Positions 24,458-28,995 of a stretch of 28,995 bases of DNA are shown here, one piece after another (position 1 is the stretch's first letter; every line of letters starts with the position of its first letter). Both the position numbers and the translations under genes were made by a program. The notes under the pieces were generated by a model, which worked only from the letters and a program-made list of their open reading frames with translations, was not told the origin of the DNA and ran no database searches. The stretch comes from an uncultured Burkholderiaceae bacterium (GTDB taxonomy: Bacteria > Pseudomonadota > Gammaproteobacteria > Burkholderiales > Burkholderiaceae_F), in the NCBI GenBank assembly GCA_964388005.1, contig CAYLZU010000004.1, positions 1 to 28,995 of the forward strand, written 5' to 3'.

Positions 24458-26288
24458 TTGCCTTGATCTCCTTTTCGGTTTCGCGGACTCGCTTGATGAG
24501 CCCGGTTTTCGGGTCGCGCTCCAGCACTTCCTTCTCCACCACGCGCAGGCGCGGCGCTCGCGCAGGCGCGGGCTCGACATGCACATCCCCGGCCCTCACC
24601 TGCACCGCCCCTTCGGCGATCGTGACCTGCGTCACGGGCGCGGGCCGTGCCGCCACTGCCCGCGCGATGGCGTGCAAGCCGTCGTCACCGCCTGCATCCG
24701 CGCGTGGCCCGGAAGAGCCGCACAGGGCGAGTAGTTCGACGGCGCCGGATGCTTCCAGGCGTTCGAGATACCCGGACGCGCCACGATCGCCGGCAATGCC
24801 GCGCACGCTTTCGATGCGCTGCAGGCAGTAGCGCTCGGCGGTTTCTGCGTCCACCGCCATCACGTCCTCGACGAAATCGGCGTGGGCGAGGTAGAAGCGC
24901 TCGGCTTCCTCCACGAACGCCACCGCGTCGCTCGACTTCTCCACGAGGCGCCGGATCTGCGAGGCTTCCTTGCGCACCACGCGCTCTGCGGCGGCCTGCT
25001 CGAGTGCGCGCGCGCGGGCCCGCGCGGCATCGTTGCCGCCGCCCTTGTCGGAGCCGGTGCCGGCGGGCTTGTTGCCGCCCTTGTCCACCACGTCGTCCAC
25101 GCGGTCGGAGGGGACCATGTTGACGGGCACGTAGTAGCGGTCGCCGTCCTCGATCGGGTTCTCGTTCTCGCGCTCGCGGATGTCGTTCGGCGACATCGCG
25201 CCCACGCTGAACAGCTTGCCGTAAAGCTCGCCGCGCGCCTTGGCGTCGCCGCGCAGCAGGGCGTTCATGTTGAACTCGAAGTAGAGCTGCTCGTCTTCCT
25301 GTTCCTTTTCGGTGAGCAGTTGCGCCGAGAGCTCCTGCTCCCAGTTCGTGCACCAGGGCTGCATGGTGTCGGTCGCGTACTCGATCGACTGGTGCTCGAT
25401 GTTGCTGAAGGTCGCCCGCTCCATGAGGCCGATCTTGTGCGGCGGCATGCGGTTGATGGCCGCAATGTCGTAGCCCTTGAGCTTTCTCTGGTCCACAAGC
25501 TGCAGGTCCGCGTTGGAGACCTTGATTTCCTTGAACTGCATGCCGCGCTCGAGCACCGCCGTCTTGCCCACGTTGGCGCCGCCCTGGGCGGCCTGCCAGC
25601 TCGCGCGGAACGCGGCGCGCTCTTCGTCGCTCTTGAAATGGCCTTCCCACTCCAGCACGCCGCCGGGGCGCGCGTCGTTTTCCATGTTGCGGCGCGAGTA
25701 GTTCTGCGCGGCGAGCGCCTCGCTCACCGAGCCGCCCTGGTAGTCGAGCGGCGAGAAGCCTTCGATGCCGTCCGAGCTCAAGCCGCGCACGTGGAACATT
25801 TCTCCACGCACGAGGATGATCTCGCTGCCCGACTCCGGGCGGTAGCGGTAGCGGAAGGTGACCACGCCGTCCGCGCCCATGCCGCGCTCCACCGTCACGC
25901 GGTCCGGGTGGAGCGGCACCAGCTCCTCCACGCGCCCGCGCCGGTCGTAGTAGATGCGCGAGTAGGCGTTGTAGCGCAGCATCAGGTGCCACTGCATCAT
26001 CTGCCGCCACTGGAAGGCGGTCTGCCAGCGGTTCGGCCGGCGGTGGATCAGCCGGTAGAGGGGGTGATCCGTGGCCGCCGCGCGCGTGCGCCCGTCCTTG
26101 CGGAACAACTGGCACGGCAGCTTGCCGATGTCCTGGCCAAGCACCAGGGCGCAGGCGTACATGGCCGGCACCGCGAGCGCCGCAGCAACGCTCGGGCGTG
26201 CGCCGCCGAGGCTGTAGGGCGCAGGCATGTACCAGAAGTCGTCGGTCGGGCCGCGCCCGCTCGCGGCGATGTCCTGGGCGAGGAACAT
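24450..26288 (-). CDS. Portal protein, HK97 family, with an ~220-aa C-terminal extension
   Basis: Motifs HRRPNRWQTAF, LHPDRV, GFSPL, PPHKIG, FSNIEHQ, SPNDIRERENENP and YYVPVNM. Confidence 0.95.
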   Translation of the reverse strand: MFLAQDIAASGRGPTDDFWYMPAPYSLGGARPSVAAALAVPAMYACALVLGQDIGKLPCQLFRKDGRTRAAATDHPLYRLIHRRPNRWQTAFQWRQMMQWHLMLRYNAYSRIYYDRRGRVEELVPLHPDRVTVERGMGADGVVTFRYRYRPESGSEIILVRGEMFHVRGLSSDGIEGFSPLDYQGGSVSEALAAQNYSRRNMENDARPGGVLEWEGHFKSDEERAAFRASWQAAQGGANVGKTAVLERGMQFKEIKVSNADLQLVDQRKLKGYDIAAINRMPPHKIGLMERATFSNIEHQSIEYATDTMQPWCTNWEQELSAQLLTEKEQEDEQLYFEFNMNALLRGDAKARGELYGKLFSVGAMSPNDIRERENENPIEDGDRYYVPVNMVPSDRVDDVVDKGGNKPAGTGSDKGGGNDAARARARALEQAAAERVVRKEASQIRRLVEKSSDAVAFVEEAERFYLAHADFVEDVMAVDAETAERYCLQRIESVRGIAGDRGASGYLERLEASGAVELLALCGSSGPRADAGGDDGLHAIARAVAARPAPVTQVTIAEGAVQVRAGDVHVEPAPARAPRLRVVEKEVLERDPKTGLIKRVRETEKEIKANG

Positions 26289-26452
26289 CAGCCCTCGCGG
26301 CGTGCGGCCAGGCGTGCGCCAAAGGTCGTGAGGCCGATGAGCAAGAGGCCAAACGCGGCCAGGCCGTAGCCCACCCCGAACTGCAGCCCGATGCCCAGGC
26401 CCGTGCAGCTGAGCCCCGCGCCCACCGAGACGTTGTAGACCACATGGTTCAT
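26288..26452 (-). CDS. Small two-TM membrane protein between terL and portal (54 aa)
   Basis: ATGA overlaps at both ends; hydrophobic hairpin. Confidence 0.7.
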   Translation of the reverse strand: MNHVVYNVSVGAGLSCTGLGIGLQFGVGYGLAAFGLLLIGLTTFGARLAARREG

Positions 26453-28437
26453 ACCGTCAGTACTCCCGGATAGCTGGTGCTCGTTGTCTCTCCGCGGCTG
26501 GCGAGCCCGGAGGCCATGATCGCGGCGACGATGCCGTCGATGCGGCCCGTCGCCTTCTTCTTGTCGGGCTTCCTGCAGCCAGCGGAATCGCTCGCGTACA
26601 CCGCGTTCGCCGCGCACCAGGTGAGGCAGGGGTTCCCCGGGTGCCGCAGCGGCTTGTTTAAACGCGCGTGTTTCACGTTGCCCGTATCATCCTTCGCCGG
26701 CACGCCGACCAGCGCGGTCTCGAAGGCCTCCACCGCCGGCGTCATCGACTGGAAGCCCTGGCCAAACGGCACCAGCGGCAGGTCGATGCCTTCGTCGTCG
26801 AGGATCCGCTTGAAGTCCTCGATCCGCCAGCGGTCGTAGCCGAGCTGCTGCAGGTCGAACGCCTCGGCATCGGCCGCGCACTGCCTGGCGACGGCGAGCT
26901 TGTCGATCGCGCGCCCAGGCAACGCGATGATGTGCCCCGCATCGCGCCAGGCGATGTAGGGCACCTTGTCGCGGTCTTCCTTCGCCGCGAGCTCGTCGCC
27001 CGGGATCCACAGCCGCACGAGCAGCCGCCAGTGCGGATCGTCCGCCACCGGCTCGAACATGTACGCGGCCGCCGTGAGGTCGGTCGTGGAGGAAAGGTCC
27101 AGCCCTCCCCAGCAGCGCCGGCCACGCAGGCGCCCGAGGTCGAACTCGGTGTCCTCCGCGCCTTCCCACACGTGCCGCGGGATCGCCGGGTTGACCGACT
27201 CCACCCACTCGCAGAAGTTGAGCCGGCGCACCAGGCTCGCCTTCGAGGGCATGCCGCGCGCGGCGGCCACCTGCTCGCGCAGGTACTTCAGGCCCGGAAT
27301 GTCGAACTCTTCCAGGCTGGGGTTCGCCTTCGGCCAGCAGGCCTCCGACTTGAACGGATCCTCGCCCTTGTCCAGGCCGCACACGAAACCGAAGAAGCTG
27401 TCGTCCTGCAGCGCGCCGGAGGCGACCTTCACCGCGTAATCGTGGTACGCCCAGCACACCGAGTTCTTGTCCACGCCGCTGTTGGTGATCATCACCATCA
27501 TCGGCTGCCGGCGGTTCTTCTGGCCGGCCTTCAGCATCTCGACGACGTTGTTGTCGGCGTGCTCGTGGATCTCGTCGAGCAGCGACACGTGCGGCCGCGG
27601 ACCCGACTGCCCGTCGTCGGAGCTGATCGGCCGGAAGAAACTCCGCCCGGCCAGGTACGCAAGGTTCCAGGTGCGCTCGCCCACGCCCGACTTCTTGATC
27701 ACGTGCGTGAGCTCGGGCGAGAGGTCCACCATCGCGACCGCATCGCGAAAGAGGACCATCGCCTGGTCCTTCTTCGTGGCCGCGGCGTAGATCTCCGCGC
27801 GCCACTCGTTGTCCGAGGTAAGGCAGTACAGTCCGATCGCGGCGGCCTCGGGCGACTTGCCCGAGCCCTTGCCGGTCTCGATGTAGCCGGTGGTGAAGCG
27901 CCGCACCGTTGTCTCCGCACCACCCAGCCATGGCGCCTTGATCGTGCGCTTCCAGCCGAACAGGCTGCCGCCCACGAAACACTGCCAGGCGGTGGACTCG
28001 AAAGGCTTGCCTTCCCACTCGCCGCCGTTCAGCTTCAGGACATCGCGCTTGAAGTTCAGGTAGCGCGCCGCGGCCGCGACATCCCACACCAGGCCGCGCT
28101 CCGCACCGCGCTCCAGGTCCGCCAGGTGCCGGCGGCATGCGTCGCGCACCTGCGGGCCGGCGACCACCGCTCCACGCGCGACCGCCCTGGCGTATTCCGT
28201 CGCCGGATCCTTCGCGGTGCGGATCCGCTCGAAGGTCCGCCGCCGCCGTTCGATGCGCTTCTGGGCCCGCAGCTGGCCGGCCTTGGTCCGGCGCGCCGCG
28301 CTGAGCTCGCCGGCCCTGGTGACGCTCGACGCGCGGCGATCGCCCGACTTAGTGCGGCGCCGCGCCGCCGGTGAAATACGGCGAGCCTTTGCTCGGCTGC
28401 TTCGGCTGCTGTCCGTGCTCTGCGCGCTCGCCGTCAT
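26449..28437 (-). CDS. terL: Terminase large subunit (start uncertain)
   Basis: Walker A GKGSGKS, Walker B LLDEIHEH, nuclease motifs GGLDLSSTTDLTA and RIDGIVAAIMA. Confidence 0.95.
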   Translation of the reverse strand: MTASAQSTDSSRSSRAKARRISPAARRRTKSGDRRASSVTRAGELSAARRTKAGQLRAQKRIERRRRTFERIRTAKDPATEYARAVARGAVVAGPQVRDACRRHLADLERGAERGLVWDVAAAARYLNFKRDVLKLNGGEWEGKPFESTAWQCFVGGSLFGWKRTIKAPWLGGAETTVRRFTTGYIETGKGSGKSPEAAAIGLYCLTSDNEWRAEIYAAATKKDQAMVLFRDAVAMVDLSPELTHVIKKSGVGERTWNLAYLAGRSFFRPISSDDGQSGPRPHVSLLDEIHEHADNNVVEMLKAGQKNRRQPMMVMITNSGVDKNSVCWAYHDYAVKVASGALQDDSFFGFVCGLDKGEDPFKSEACWPKANPSLEEFDIPGLKYLREQVAAARGMPSKASLVRRLNFCEWVESVNPAIPRHVWEGAEDTEFDLGRLRGRRCWGGLDLSSTTDLTAAAYMFEPVADDPHWRLLVRLWIPGDELAAKEDRDKVPYIAWRDAGHIIALPGRAIDKLAVARQCAADAEAFDLQQLGYDRWRIEDFKRILDDEGIDLPLVPFGQGFQSMTPAVEAFETALVGVPAKDDTGNVKHARLNKPLRHPGNPCLTWCAANAVYASDSAGCRKPDKKKATGRIDGIVAAIMASGLASRGETTSTSYPGVLTV

Positions 28438-28921
28438 CGTTCGGGAAAAGGGTCAGTTGCGGATCCACCTGGACCCGTGTGCGCGCCGCCGGCGTCATGC
28501 CGAACTCGCGCTCGAGCGCGAGGACCTGCTTGAAGAGCATCGACTCGGCGAAGAAGAGCTGGTTCACCACCTGGGCGGGCGCGCCCCTCGCCTTCTCGGA
28601 CTTCTCGACCGCGAGCTCGCCGTCCTTCGGCGCGCGGTCGACCATGATGCCCAGGCGCTCCAGGTCCGCGATCGCGGCGCGATGCTTCGCGACCTTGTAG
28701 CACCACAGGGCGAAGGCCTCCACGTCGATCACCGTGAGCACCTTCGCGTTGCGCATCTTCTGCGCGTACTCGTTCCACACAACCTTCGCGCCATCAGGCA
28801 GCCAGGCCGGCGCCGTCAGGTCGTCCAGGTACTCTGGATCGGGCTCCTGGCGCGCGATCTTCCTCTTGCCAGGATTGCCCATCGCCTTCTTGATCTCGGT
28901 CGGAATCCTCGGTCGGCCCAT
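28349..28921 (-). CDS. terS: Terminase small subunit (P27-like)
   Basis: MGRPRIPTEIKKAMGNPGKR, APAWL and EFGMTPAAR motifs; directly upstream of terL. Confidence 0.93.
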   Translation of the reverse strand: MGRPRIPTEIKKAMGNPGKRKIARQEPDPEYLDDLTAPAWLPDGAKVVWNEYAQKMRNAKVLTVIDVEAFALWCYKVAKHRAAIADLERLGIMVDRAPKDGELAVEKSEKARGAPAQVVNQLFFAESMLFKQVLALEREFGMTPAARTRVQVDPQLTLFPNDDGERAEHGQQPKQPSKGSPYFTGGAAPH

Positions 28922-28995
28922 GAATCCACCCCACCCCTATCACCTACCCCCCCCCTGTCGGATTTCGCGGTAATGCGCGCGGATAGGGGCGCTCG

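Larger units (their letters stand above)
1..28995. mobile_element. HK97-like tailed phage / prophage segment (end of early region plus almost the entire late operon)
   Basis: Contiguous terminase-portal-protease-capsid-neck-tail-lysis genes on the minus strand and xis/int-like genes on plus; no host housekeeping genes seen. Confidence 0.97.

Noticed and set aside
1-28995. Many long antisense or alternate-frame ORFs in the track (e.g. 1085-2536 minus, 10394-12055 plus, 14143-15954 plus, 16720-18858 minus, 26668-28374 plus)
   Set aside because: They are Arg/Ala/Gly/Pro-rich shadow frames expected at high GC, overlap well-supported genes and carry no motifs.
1-28995. CRISPR array, tRNA or rRNA genes
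   Set aside because: No regularly spaced repeats or tRNA/rRNA-like sequence were seen by eye; a tRNAscan or Infernal run would confirm.

Overview
The whole window is one high-GC, HK97-like siphovirus of temperate type. By gene style it is probably a proteobacterial (Betaproteobacteria-like) phage or prophage, which is an inference. The minus strand (28921 to 3245) carries a nearly complete late operon: terS, terL, a small membrane gene, HK97 portal, a six-gene insert, S49 prohead protease, major capsid, head-tail joining genes, tail tube, a G/GT-type chaperone pair with a -1 frameshift, a free-standing GIY-YIG endonuclease, tape measure, two tail-tip genes, tail fibre and chaperone, and a lysis cassette (two holin-like genes, M15 endolysin, a tiny membrane protein, nested Rz/Rz1). 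The plus strand (1-3160) is the end of the early region. It holds an HNH gene, a broken Gp37Gp68/DUF5131 gene, an excisionase-like gene, a tyrosine integrase whose catalytic C-terminus is replaced in frame by an HExxH SprT-like metalloprotease domain, a hypothetical gene and an XRE regulator, converging on the lysis genes at a terminator. The most notable features are: the integrase-protease fusion with two more apparent gene-fusion or deletion scars nearby; the translationally coupled structural-looking cassette (including a BNR propeller and a 21-aa repeat protein) between portal and protease; an extra domain in the head-tail connector; a recurrent GTTTAAAC palindrome written in rare codons; and a homing endonuclease with its own promoter and terminator. 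Family names are from motif recognition, not database searches.
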